From Wallemia ichthyophaga EXF-994 (lineage: Eukaryota > Fungi > Basidiomycota), in the NCBI RefSeq assembly GCF_000400465.1, contig NW_008806275.1, positions 588,156 through 650,155 of the forward strand: DNA of 62,000 bases. Direction: 5' to 3'. Shown here piece after piece: positions 26,271 to 37,368 of this stretch. Under the pieces are notes generated by a model. That model did not search any database and was not told where the DNA came from. It saw only the letters and a list, made by a program, of their open reading frames with translations. Every line of letters starts with the position of its first letter. Position 1 is the first letter of the stretch. A program made the translations under genes and the position numbers.

Positions 26271-27566
26271 ATGAAATTTCTGGAGCTAATAGATTTAGAT
26301 TTACTGAGTAATAGCCTTTCATTCACCTCCAATGAATGTAAAGTGCGTACAAGAAGTGAGTATCACGTTATCCACTGCTGTGTTGTCTAAACGTGCGTCA
26401 TACTCGGATCAGTTGAAGCGTACAGCTGCAAACAAGTAAAGAGTGATAAGAAGCTGTACAAGTTACTGGAAAATACGTACGTCAATGACCCTCCACCACT
26501 TACCCAATTCGGTAATATGGATGTCCCCTCAACGCGTAAAACTCTCTATTTGCTCATTTCAACGCTTAATCAAGCATTCCCTGATCATGACTTCACTCAA
26601 CTTCGTCCAGATGAGTTTGTTAAGGAGCCTTCTAGCAGTCTGGTCGTTAATAGACTGAGTAATATGCTCGTTAGGATGAAAGATGGCAATTCACGCTCAT
26701 ACGGTTACTATCCGTCTTCTACTCCCACTGCTGCTCTAGGTTCAAGTGCAGATAGCTTCCATTCTAATCACTCCATGTCTGATCACGATAACGACTACTC
26801 TGATCATCATCAATCTCACCTCATTGCTCAGAATACCGTGCGTAGGGTTCAATCAGGTGGTAGCGTAACAATGCAAGGTTTCAAGGCTATTTTAGATGAT
26901 GTCATCCAAATCAAAGACTGTGACGTTTTCTCGTACTCGCCCGACGCCAGTTCAGACCCCCACTCGACGTTCGACGACTACGACGATGACGACATGTCTT
27001 CTATCGGCGGAAATGAGGACACGCACTTCGATTTAGATATGGAAGAAATCGATAGCAATCACGGAAACAGTCTGTCCTCAATACCTCCATACCTTCTTGA
27101 TCAAGATAAAAGGGAGCCATCTCCATCACTCTCTGTGAAGAGCACCGGTCAATCAACAGTTGGTGATTCGGGATCCGGCTTGTTGTGGTCCACGCATTAT
27201 TTTTTCTACAATAAGAAACTCAAGAGGATGGTGTTTCTGACGATATGGAGTAGGAAGTCGGGTATATATTCACAGGGACCGCATCACCTCCCAATCAGTG
27301 ACGCTAACCCATTCTGGCTGTCCAACTCACTGCCTCCGCCTGTTAAGCTGGAGGATGAGTACGACGACTTAATGTTGTCATCTTCTGCACCTTCCAAGCC
27401 AACGAGAAGATCGACGAGGACGACAACGCGCAAGACAAAGGCCAGTGCTGGTGGAGCGGGTGGAAGCAAGCCAGTACAGGTACCAAAGAATAAGAGAAGG
27501 GCTGCGAATGCCGGGGTGAGCAAGTCGACCAAGCTGTTATCGAATGCGAAGAAGAGTAGAAAGTAG
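26271..27566 (+). CDS. MAF1: RNA polymerase III repressor Maf1
   Basis: MKFLE...|IEAYSCK, RKTLYLLISTLNQAFPDHDFTQLRPDEF, DCDVFSYSPD, LWSTHYFFYNKKLKRMVF. Confidence 0.93.
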
Positions 27567-27775
27567 TTGAATCTAAAAGGAGTATATGGAGTACTATGTA
27601 CAGTGTACTATATCGCGTTGGCGTAAACAAGAACAATTTTCACTTTCAAAGATCTCACAGGTTTCCTCAACATCTCAAACACAAACATGTACCAATCACA
27701 GAGACTGTAACTATAATGAGTATTTCTAAATAAAAGAAAAAGAAAAATGACTTCAGTTCATTTCTGCCGAGGCGA

Positions 27776-28522
27776 ATGACATCACCTTCTCTCCACGCCG
27801 TGATGGAATCTCAGAAGAAACACGCCGATGAATTTTGGAAATTATTCCACAAAGCCAAGATACATTCGGATGCACCATCTGAGGATGGTGAGGATGATGT
27901 AGTTAGTGTGTACACGGGCAGTGGAATTTCAACGCCAAACAGACGCAGGGATAGAAGTGAGGAGAGGATCGGACCAGAGAGGGATCCCATGAAGATATTC
28001 ACTCACGACATATCAACCAATATATTCCGCAGATTGAGTCAGCAAGATTTGAAGCAGTGCCACAGGGTTTGCAAGAGGTGGCGTAGGTCACAAGTAATCA
28101 ACTATAGTGGGTGGAATGCTATTTGGAGGTTGATTAGACTCAACTAACGAATCTTCTCAGTCTGGTTCGAGATTTACAGGCAGAGATTCTTCGACGGCGA
28201 GAGCACGCAGAGCTTGCAAGGAAAGTGGACACGAAGGGAAAGTAGACAAGATTGGAAGTTGATGTACAAATCAGCTAATCGTAGGCCATTCGAGAGCGCT
28301 GTCGTCGAACAGCTTGAACGGTCAATCACGCCTTCTCAGATACGCGAAGCGCAATGGGACGCTGAAGCAAACAAACCACCACCAACGAAGAACGAGCAGA
28401 GGGAGGAGTATAAGCTATTAAAGGGACGAAAGCCACGGAGTAAAGGCGTTAGAGGTGAAAATACTTCAAAAGGCGTAAGGGACGAATCGGGGTACACACC
28501 ACACGATCAACAATGTCATTGA
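27776..28522 (+). CDS. F-box protein
   Basis: DPMKIFTHDISTNIFRRLSQQDLKQCHRVCKRWRR is an F-box motif. An intron near 28107-28159 joins to IWFEIYRQRF...WTRRESRQDWK. Confidence 0.75.
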
Positions 28523-28908
28523 AATTCTGCCAGAATTGTAATAATTTATTGTATCCAAGGGTACGCTAGCTAATGAATAAATACAAGTTGCTCATTCTAC
28601 ACTCGCAGGAAGACAGAGAACGTAGAGTGCTGCTTTTTGCATGCAGAAATTGTAATTTTGAGGAGGCAGCGGTGGAAGCTAGAGTGTACAGGAATGATCT
28701 AATGACGCAATCTAAAGAGGAAGCAGGAGTCACGCAAGATTTAGGTAAAGATCCAACGCTACCACGCACTTCAATTGAGTGTCCAAAATGCACAACCAAT
28801 CAAGTTGTTTTCTTCCAAGATCAATCAAAGCGCACAGAGACGAGGATGACCTTGTTTTTTGTGTGTACAAGTTGTAATTACGCCTTTTCAAATACGTCGA
28901 GAGTATGA
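28513..28908 (+). CDS. RPB9: RNA polymerase II subunit RPB9
   Basis: Spliced MSLKFCQNCNNLLYPR|EDRERRVLLFACRNC and C-terminal DPTLPRTSIECPKC...VFFQ...MTLFFVCTSC, giving two Zn ribbons. Confidence 0.93.
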
Positions 28909-28944
28909 ACTCACGTCATCCACCTTGCCTTGTACAGATCAATC

Positions 28945-29521
28945 ATGTTGTTTAAGTTATTCAAATTTATTCTCTTATCTCTGCTTGTGTATGCTACACT
29001 CGCTTTTTTTATTTTTGACGACTTGCTATTGGGATATCAAGGCAAATGGAGACACATCAAGTCTTATCTTCCCCGTCCGCCACAGAGGAGCTTCAGCGTT
29101 GATCAACTTGCAGATTTCAATGGCAGAAACGGTAAAGATATCTACTTGGCTGTAAATGGTCTAGTCTTTGATGTCTCTAGCAACCCACGCATTTATGGTC
29201 CAGGTGGTATGTATCACGCCGCAGTGGCTAAAGACGCTGCCAGAGCTTTTGTCACAAACTGCTTCAAGGATCAGCCTACCCATGACTTGAGAGGCCTCAC
29301 TGAGAAGGAATTGTCTCAGGTTAAAGGCTGGCAATCCTTCTTCGATAATCACCCCAAGTACATGCTGGTCGGTGGTATATTCTCTTTAATTACCCTATCT
29401 GACGATTCAACAGATTGGCACGGTAGATACCCCGGCCATCGACCCAGATGCGCCTATCCCTGAGGATTGTGGGTTCAAGCAGTCAACGAAGGACGATGGA
29501 AAGGTGAAAAGTGAATTATAG
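28945..29521 (+). CDS. Membrane-associated progesterone receptor/cytochrome b5-like heme/steroid-binding protein
   Basis: N-terminal TM segment, QLADFNG...IYLAVNGLVFDVS..YGPGG.Y...AKDAARAFVTNCF, W..FF.NH.KY. The last exon ends KSEL*. Confidence 0.85.
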
Positions 29522-30648
29522 TCAACGCAGTCCCAAACCGACTGAGATACTTAGGCTTATTATACAAATGAGAAGATATACCGCGTTTTGATTTTGTGTG
29601 TTGGGTGTGCTAGGTTCGTTAGGTATATTGTGAGCAGAAGCCGGAGTATGAGAAGATGATTCTGCATCCACATCCACATTCTGCCTTTCTTGCTCCGCGT
29701 GTTGCATACAATGTTCAGTCTCCGGTGAAAGCACATCGACGTCGATATTCCCAGCAAAGAAATCCGTCAGCAGACTGTCGTCCAAGCTACCAAACAGATC
29801 GCTCCTGACACCTGGTGTCGATTTAATCTTACTTCTGTCAAAACTGTCGATGAAATCCGCAAGCGTCAACTGCGAATGGCTGTCTATATCGCTGAGAGCA
29901 TTGAGAGTGAAATGTGTAAATCCCTCAATGACGCCTACGCCAATTTGTTTATCAGTGTGATGACTGTAGCTGTTTTGACCCTTGACTGAGCTGCCAATAG
30001 CTAGCACATCCTGTGAATAGAGGCTATTTGCCAATGTCGCAGCTTGGCAAGTATCGCTAATAAAGAGCATTTTGTTGTATCTCTTCTTAAGTCTCATCTG
30101 TTCAACTGCATCTGCAATATCCTGGCTATTTAGCTCCTCTGTGTCCTGGAACTTGAGAAACTCATCTCCACCATGTCCGGTGAGATAGAGAAGAACATTT
30201 GAGTTTTCGTCACTTAGAAGCCGTTTACTCGATGGTGTGTGCTCCTCGTGTCTTCCTGTTAGCACACGAAGGAAATTCTCCACTGTCACTTCGTATCCCC
30301 GGTAATCAACCTCGACACGCTCGCCATAGAGATCCATTCTGTGATCTTTGTGCGCGTACACAGACCCCGGGTAGCGGTTGCGCGCATTGCAGCTGATGTC
30401 ATCTGGCAGCATGAGGATTATGTTGCTGTCTGGGATCCCGAGTCGACGGATAGCACGGTACCTGGAGAGTGAGTGTGAGTGTGTGTGCGTTACTGCGTTA
30501 CTACTGCTCACATTCCCAGTGCATTAGCTAAGTGTCTGTAATTGAACCAATATCTAGACGCGGATACGAGTATGGCCCAATTATTCGTATGTCCATCGCT
30601 GTTCCCGCTGACGAGGCAGGCTAGAAGCAGGAATAAGAGTGGAAACAT
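29522..30648 (-). CDS. GPI8: GPI-anchor transamidase catalytic subunit (PIG-K)
   Basis: Signal peptide, HTNNWAILVSASRYWFNYRHLANAL, YLTGHGGDEFLKFQD, DTCQAA, C-terminal TM segment. Confidence 0.95.
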
Positions 30649-30722
30649 CACCACGCATTTCAGACCTGACAGCACCCTCATCGCCGTCGCTCACAAAGTC
30701 ATTCTCTTGCTCATCCACGGTC

Positions 30723-31159
30723 ATGTCTTCCGTTACAAGAAATCTCAACGTAGAATTTGGGTGGGTGGTGGTGTGTACTGACGCGCACAACTAACCATGG
30801 CTTCTTCTTCAGAGGTGGTCTGGAAATACTCTTCAACCACCAACGCCAAATCAAGCTCGTGGTGAGCGCACAAGGACGCAATCCAACAGTGCGCGACTTG
30901 ATCAAGAAGCTGGCAGACGAGCATATCAACGAGCGCAGAGAGTTATTCATAGAGGGTGATACAGTGTGAGTAGGCAGCCGTGACTGCAACAGCATCAGCA
31001 ACAGCGAAAGCGTGCGTTCTAACACATCTTCACACTCGCAGCCGCCCAGGTATTTTGGTTCTAATTAATGACTGCGATTGGGAACTGCGCGATGAGCTCG
31101 ATGGCGAGTTAGAAGATGGTGATGTCGTTGTATTCATATCAACGCTCCATGGTGGCTGA
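30723..31159 (+). CDS. URM1: Ubiquitin-related modifier 1
   Basis: [19 protein letters not shown]|[23 protein letters not shown]. Two introns. Confidence 0.95.
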
Positions 31160-31188
31160 ATAGGGCGCTTCTACTCGAATAACTCCAT

Positions 31189-32508
31189 TTACTCGAACAA
31201 ATTGAGCAAAATTGCAATAATAGCATCCACTAGCATCACAATTGCATAGATTACTCCTCCTATACATCCTGTCTTTAATGCCTTCTCAACTCTCTGGTAT
31301 GTACTCAGTTGGGTTTGATTGCTGAGTATGTTTGTGTATATATCTTGAGTCAACTGGGCCACTTTATCCCAACTGTACATCCTGCGCACTGTGAGGTGAT
31401 TGTCTTTTTTGCGTGCATTTCCTTCATGTACAGCCTGCCATTTTAGTGTAGACAGTGCCCTTTCTATAGCATCCACTACACTCACATCGCTCACGTCGTC
31501 GGCATACTCCACCATATGGGGCGGTAGCACTTCGGGGATACCACCCACCTTGGTACTGACGACATAGAGGCCCGTCGACGCAGCTTCTAAAAGGACGATA
31601 CCGAAGCTCTCTGTAAGACTGGTGTTGAGGTATATGTCGCCCCTGCGCATAACTTCCGATACGCAACTCGGTGGAACATTGCCCAGTATCTCCACGCGGT
31701 CTTGCAAGCCGTGTCTTTCAACCATACGTTCGAGCTCTGCCATCAGTGGACCGTCTCCACCGACAATAAAGTGTACATGAGCATAACGAGCGCAGATGAT
31801 GGGAGCCGCCGCGATGAGCAGGTCGACACCTTTTCGGTAAAAGAGGCGTGATATCGTGACGATAGTGATTGTGTGTTTGCTGGTGGAGTGCAAGCGAGGA
31901 ACGAAATGGTCACTGATGATAGCATTCGGTATGACGTGCATGATGTTCTGATCTAGCTGCCCCCTCAACATAGTGTTATCGCGCCCAGACATACTGACAC
32001 AGATAACGGCATCAACATCACAAAGAACAAATCTGAGCAATTTGTTTGTGAGTATCCCAACAACATCCTTGAATCCGAACAGGGAATGATCCGTGAACAC
32101 CGTGCGCACACCGTCGATCCATCTCGCGTGCATGAGAGCCTCGTGGCCCAAACTGGACAAAGCGCCGTGAGAGTGTACAATATCGACACGCTGGGAAATG
32201 ATAATATCCCTGAGCATCTTGTGCGCCGTGAAGAAAGTGGGCAGCGTTGCATTCGTCGTTGGGAGCATCGGTATTGGGAGGTAATAGATGGACAAGCCTG
32301 AGTGAGCAACTGTAACGCCAGTGCTGCCTGGATACTGATGCGTAATAATAATAACTCTCACTCCACGGCGTATAAGGGCGATTGAAAGGTGGTGGATGTG
32401 CAGCTCAATACCGCCAACGCTAGGCAGGTAGAAATCGCTCACCATTCTAAGGGCGTTTGAGTATTTGAAGCTGCGTACACCAAACACTCACGCCACGCAT
32501 ATCCCCAT
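31189..32508 (-). CDS. SPT14: GPI-GlcNAc transferase catalytic subunit PIG-A/Gpi3
   Basis: AMVSDFYLPSVGGIELHI, VFTDHSLFGF, SRLFYRKGVDLL, YLNTSLTESFGIVLLEAA (GT4 EX7E motif), C-terminal TM segment. Confidence 0.93.
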
Positions 32509-32531
32509 TCACGCCTTGTGCACATACAGCG

Positions 32532-33004
32532 ATGGTTGCTGGGATCAGCGAGTTGAATCCAAGTGCCGTTGGAGATGTAAGCCATTGGGATATTCCCAGT
32601 AATGCGTGTACAATCGGCGTAGATGAGGCTATCTCTGTAGGTAAGTTGTTTGAGTCGTGTTTGCCTCCTCACCGTTACCGCAGAGGAAAATGGACAGCTT
32701 CGACAACCTCAAGCAGAAAGACATACACTTCAACGACCGATTGCAAGCCTCGCAGCAATTCCACAATCCTCATATCAACCACAGGCTCATCAGCTGGGCC
32801 GGCGTCGACGAGTACTCAACCAACACCCCAGATGGCGCTCTTTATTCCGAGTACAGCACACACACGTCCTCCGCAGCGGCCTTGGAATCCCTCCAGCGCC
32901 AACGCACACACGATAAAGCAGCCTCTGCCAGCAAGCGAGCTAATGTGGATTTCGCCCCAGCTACTTCAGCTACTCCAGCTACTTCTAAATCGCGGAGGCA
33001 GTAG
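32532..33004 (+). CDS. HCNGP/SAP30BP-like protein
   Basis: Spliced ...EAISRKMDSFDNLKQKDIHFNDRLQASQQFHNPHINHRLISWAGVDEYSTN matches the HCNGP FN..L..S..F.NP.I...L....DE..TN motif. Confidence 0.75.
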
Positions 33005-33028
33005 AATCATATTCCTATGTCTATATTA

Positions 33029-34174
33029 CTACACATAACCCTCCTCCTCAAGTATCTGCTGGTTGAGTTTCTCGCGCTCTTTCATCCGCATCAGTGTTTC
33101 TGTTTCGTAGGATATCGTTGGTGCGCTGTTTACATTTGGAGGCGCAAATGACATTGAAGAATGCTTCCCCGCCTGCTCAAGCCTCCCGCTCCTCCTCAAC
33201 TCCTGCACACTCTCAGGCTCAACCCCACCCACCCAATCAACTGCCACTCCATCGAGTACCCCTCTCTTGCTACTCTGTACTGCACCAAACGCACCCAATA
33301 TATCGTTGTATTCGACGATGCCTGATGCACTCTTGGGTTTTTTCCCTGACGCTGTGCTTTCTTTCAGTGGGGGGAGTATCACTTGGGAAACAGCTCCAAA
33401 AGTGGACATTGAACCCGCTATAGCGCCTTTATTGGAATCTACCGTGTTTGTAGTCCACGCAGGTCTATCTTTACGCGTCCACTTGATTCTTACCAGTCTC
33501 TCCTGTGAATGTGGCTCTGGCTCTGACTCTGGTCTATGCAGCATGTCTACATCCACATTCAGATTCAGCTTACTTTCTCTTTCTAGATCTTCATTCAGCT
33601 GCTGCGTCTTATCCATCCGCATCCGTTTCCCTTCTTCGCGTATACGCTCCAGCTCAGTCTGTGCGTCTCTCTTCCTGCTCTTCTTCTCGAGCGCAGCCAC
33701 CGCCGCTTCTTTCTCCCTCCTCTCCAACTCTGTCTGCAGATCCTGCCTACGCGAGTCGAATTTCTCGAAACGCTGAGCCTTTGCCTTGTTCGCGGCGGCG
33801 ATGTCTGCCAGCTTCGCTCTCTTTGAGGGATCGAGGAGTATCTCAGCGGCGATGGTCAGTTTGTGAAATTCTTCGGCTATTGAGTGTTTGTTTTGTGTTG
33901 TTAGTGAGGTAATTGATAACAAGCCGTATCAACCAACCTGCAGTAGGATTATCTGGGTTCTTAGCGGAGTTTAGCCGTGTCTATGAAATACTCTAAGCTC
34001 CACTCACTCTATCTGGGTGTACTTTCAAACTTCTTTTTCTCTAACGGCGTGTAAGCCGGAGCATAGAATGAACAACCAACCCACATAAGCCTTGCGCACA
34101 TCGGCCTCGCTAGCACCAGCAGCGACGTCGAGCACCTTCTCTGCGTCCAAGTCCGAGTCTATGCTCATGCTCAT
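33029..34174 (-). CDS. CWC23: Spliceosomal J-domain protein Cwc23/cwf23 (DNAJC17-like)
   Basis: N-terminal J domain (VRKAY|RKRSLKVHPDRNP...AEEFHKLTIAAEILLDP), coiled coil, degenerate RRM, and C-terminal YETETLMRM. Confidence 0.82.
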
Positions 34175-34203
34175 GCTCTTCGACGTCTTGGTCCAGGACG
34201 CTG

Positions 34204-35574
34204 ATGAGCCAGGTGCTACAAAAGCTACGTCTGCCACTACCGCGCACGATCTCGGAGGCTACCCGCACGACTGGCGCTGGCCACGCACTCAGTCTGCACG
34301 GCTGGATACGCAGTGTGCGCCACCAGAAGAAGTTGTCCTTCGTGCACCTCACCGACGGCCAGGCCGACATCCAAGTTACGCTCTCACCTGAGCTAGCGCG
34401 AGGGCTATCAACGGGCACGAGTGTGCGTGTGGACGGCTCTCTCGCGCACCACCCACGCACACAAACCATCGAAGTGCGCGGCACACACACACACATCTAC
34501 GGCACAGCCCCAGGCGACACTTACCCCATGCAGAAGAAAGAGCATGGCAGCGAACACCTCCGCGATAACGCTCACCTCCGCACTCGCACTAGCCAGATTG
34601 GACATGTCGTCAAACTGCGTCATCATCTGACGCGATGTCTCCTTGAATGGTTTCACGATAATAGCTTCACGCTCGTACAGCCTCCCGTTATCACCAGCAG
34701 CGACTGCGAGGGCGCTGGCGAGGCATTTCAGGTGGTCGCTGGCGCGGGGCGCGGTAACGAGGCTAAAGAGCAGCAGCAGCCAGACTACCACCACCACCAA
34801 CAACCCCCCTTCTTCTCTCACCCTGCTTTCCTCACCGTCAGCACACAGCTCCATCTCGAGGCTGTCGCAGGTGCCTTCGCGCGCGTCTTCTCCCTCTCGC
34901 CTACGTTCAGGGCGGAGCCATCACAGACGAGCAGGCATTTGGCTGAGTTCTGGATGCTCGAGGCCGAGATCAGTTTCGTGGAGAGCGTCGACAGCCTGAC
35001 GAGCGTCGTCGAGCACAGCATCAAGAGTGCGGTCGGTGGGCTGGACCCGTCGCTTGTTAAGAGCGATTCTCTGTATTTGGAAAAGGAATGGGGACAAATC
35101 ACTTACACCGAGGCTGTGCAGCTGCTGCGTGAGCGCCACAGCGTATCTCCCTTCCACCACCCTCCGACGTGGGGTGCTTCCCTCCAAAGCGAACACGAAC
35201 GCTATCTCGCAGAGGAGGTTTGCGAATCCCCTGTCTTCATTACACACTATCCCGCGTCTATAAAACCATTTTACATGCGCGCTAACGATGATGGTCTCAC
35301 TGTAGCTTGCTTTGACTTGCTCGTCCCTGGTATTGGCGAGTTGGCTGGCGGCAGTTTGCGCGAGGAGAGATTGGACGTGTTGGAGCGCAATATTGACCAC
35401 GCTGGTTTAGATAGAGGTACTTACAACTGGTATCTCGATCTCAGACGTTATGGCTCAGTCCCCCACGGTGGCTTTGGTGTCGGCTTCGAACGTCTACTCA
35501 GCGTTATTAGCGGTGTTAGCAATCTGAGAGATGTCGTCTTGTTTCCGAGATGGGCTGGTCGCTGTAACTTTTAG
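34204..35574 (+). CDS. SLM5: Mitochondrial asparaginyl-tRNA synthetase
   Basis: GWIRSVR OB fold, SDCEGAGEAF, FLTVSTQLHLE, FRAE.S.TSRHLAEFWMLEAE, GGSLREER, PHGGFGVGFERL. Intronless. Confidence 0.95.
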   Translation: MSQVLQKLRLPLPRTISEATRTTGAGHALSLHGWIRSVRHQKKLSFVHLTDGQADIQVTLSPELARGLSTGTSVRVDGSLAHHPRTQTIEVRGTHTHIYGTAPGDTYPMQKKEHGSEHLRDNAHLRTRTSQIGHVVKLRHHLTRCLLEWFHDNSFTLVQPPVITSSDCEGAGEAFQVVAGAGRGNEAKEQQQPDYHHHQQPPFFSHPAFLTVSTQLHLEAVAGAFARVFSLSPTFRAEPSQTSRHLAEFWMLEAEISFVESVDSLTSVVEHSIKSAVGGLDPSLVKSDSLYLEKEWGQITYTEAVQLLRERHSVSPFHHPPTWGASLQSEHERYLAEEVCESPVFITHYPASIKPFYMRANDDGLTVACFDLLVPGIGELAGGSLREERLDVLERNIDHAGLDRGTYNWYLDLRRYGSVPHGGFGVGFERLLSVISGVSNLRDVVLFPRWAGRCNF

Positions 35575-35640
35575 TATTCTCTTTTTTTCACTCGTATAGA
35601 CTAATTTGCATTGTATTACATTATTGAACCACCATTCTGG

Positions 35641-37289
35641 TTACAACTCGTCGTGTGCGTGTGTGTGTACATGTGTATGCTTGTCGAGGTGCACACTCCC
35701 CATACTCTCGTGACATGCTGCTGGACTACTCACTAGAAACTTGTACGCACATTTCTCCAGCTCCTCTACTTCGATGAGCGCATTACGCTCTCCACACACC
35801 ATCTCTACAACTGTGCTGCGCTCTGGACCATTCCAGCACCGCTGTCCTTTGTTGTAAAGCTGAGTGGAGTAGAAAGCCTCACTGCCCGCCTCCACTTCTT
35901 GATCCTCGTTCCAGCTGTGGAACTTACCTAGGTTTGTACCACCCGACTTGCGATCCTGCTGTCTTTGTGTGGCTCTATCGAAGAAACATAGCTCGTACGT
36001 GTATTCAGCTATGTCTTGCGAGACGCATTCATGCTTCAGTGCAATCCATTCTCCTTGCCGACCCCACCTCAATCCACCCTCAAGCTCGACATACTCCGCC
36101 TGCGTTTTTGCCAGACTTTTGCTTGCTCTGTTAAGTGCGTCAAATTGTTTCTTGTGCTCCTTCTTAGCTTTCTGCAAGTAGACGCCCTCTTCCTGCAGCG
36201 AATGCGAGGGTATAATGCTAAGTTTTACCAGCCATCCAACCAGCGTCTTCTTGAAGGAACGGTAGTGAGCTGAGAGAGGAGGTGGGAGGTACGCCTCGAT
36301 GTTAAACAAGGCTGAATCAACATCTTGCTTCTCGGGCTCATCTAGTGACACCATCAATGCCACCGGATCCTCCTTTTGCACTTTACTGAGCAGCTCAGAT
36401 GACCATGTGTCACTACTCTTGCTGTGGGTATCGACATAGGCGTCATACTCCCTCACAGCAGCCAACACGCCCATATCCTGGTAATTAGGATTGTAACTGT
36501 TTTTCAGCGAGAGGAGAATATCAAGGAGGAGTTGTAAATCATCCTCCACCGCCCGCTTCTCTAACGCCAGTGTCTCCAGTGCGTTTCTGCTATCGAGGAG
36601 ATGTTTGTAGAGAGGGGAGGCGAGTCTGGCATCTAAAGCGTCTTTTGCGAGTGTCTCCAAACGGTCGACTTCGTCTGCGTTGCGTGTGAGCTAAGGCGGG
36701 GCTATATCTAAATACAACACCAAAGCAAGCACCACCCACCCTTGCCGGCCTTTTCCGCGCGCTCCGTTTTCAACAGATTGGCCTGCTTCGCCTGCACACT
36801 ACTGCGCAACTCGCCCAGCACCTCTAGCCCCCTCTCGACGTAGGCGCGTTTAGTAACCAGCGCCCTTTCGCGCACACGCTGCGAATGGGCGTGGTGGACA
36901 GCGCGGCGGTGTGCGCGCTGCGTGCATGTGTTCGCACACACACCCTCTGCTTCGTCGGAACCATCGCAGCACTCCTCCTCGCACAACCCATCGCCTACAC
37001 GCGATAAGTGGATGCGCGATGGCGTATAGTGCTCGTTGTGGCAGTAGAACTGGGGCGTGTGGTGGCGTCCAGAACACGCACTCGTTGAGGGCTCGTCGGT
37101 GCCATCGGGACAGTCGCAGTAGTCGTCGTTCAGTGACGTATACGCTATCGTCGTCGCGTCATTCAGACACTGGAATCTTCCGTTCGTTGGCTGGTAGAGA
37201 TGCGCTAGAGATGGATCTACTCCGCGTATTCTATCACTGCAGGTTACGCTGGCTGCGAGCGTCAACCCCACTATCCAGCTCAACCTCAT
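35641..37289 (-). CDS. GTB1: Glucosidase II beta subunit (PRKCSH)
   Basis: Signal peptide, LNDDYCDCPDGTDEPSTSAC, DGLCEEECCDGSDE, MRH domain (YELCFF...CWNGPERS...C.Y), C-terminal HDEL. Confidence 0.93.
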
Positions 37290-37368
37290 CGTCTACAGTC
37301 AACAAGATTACATAACAGACTTTTTACACTAAACACGCTTTTTTTGGTAAATAAAATAAATTTCTTCT

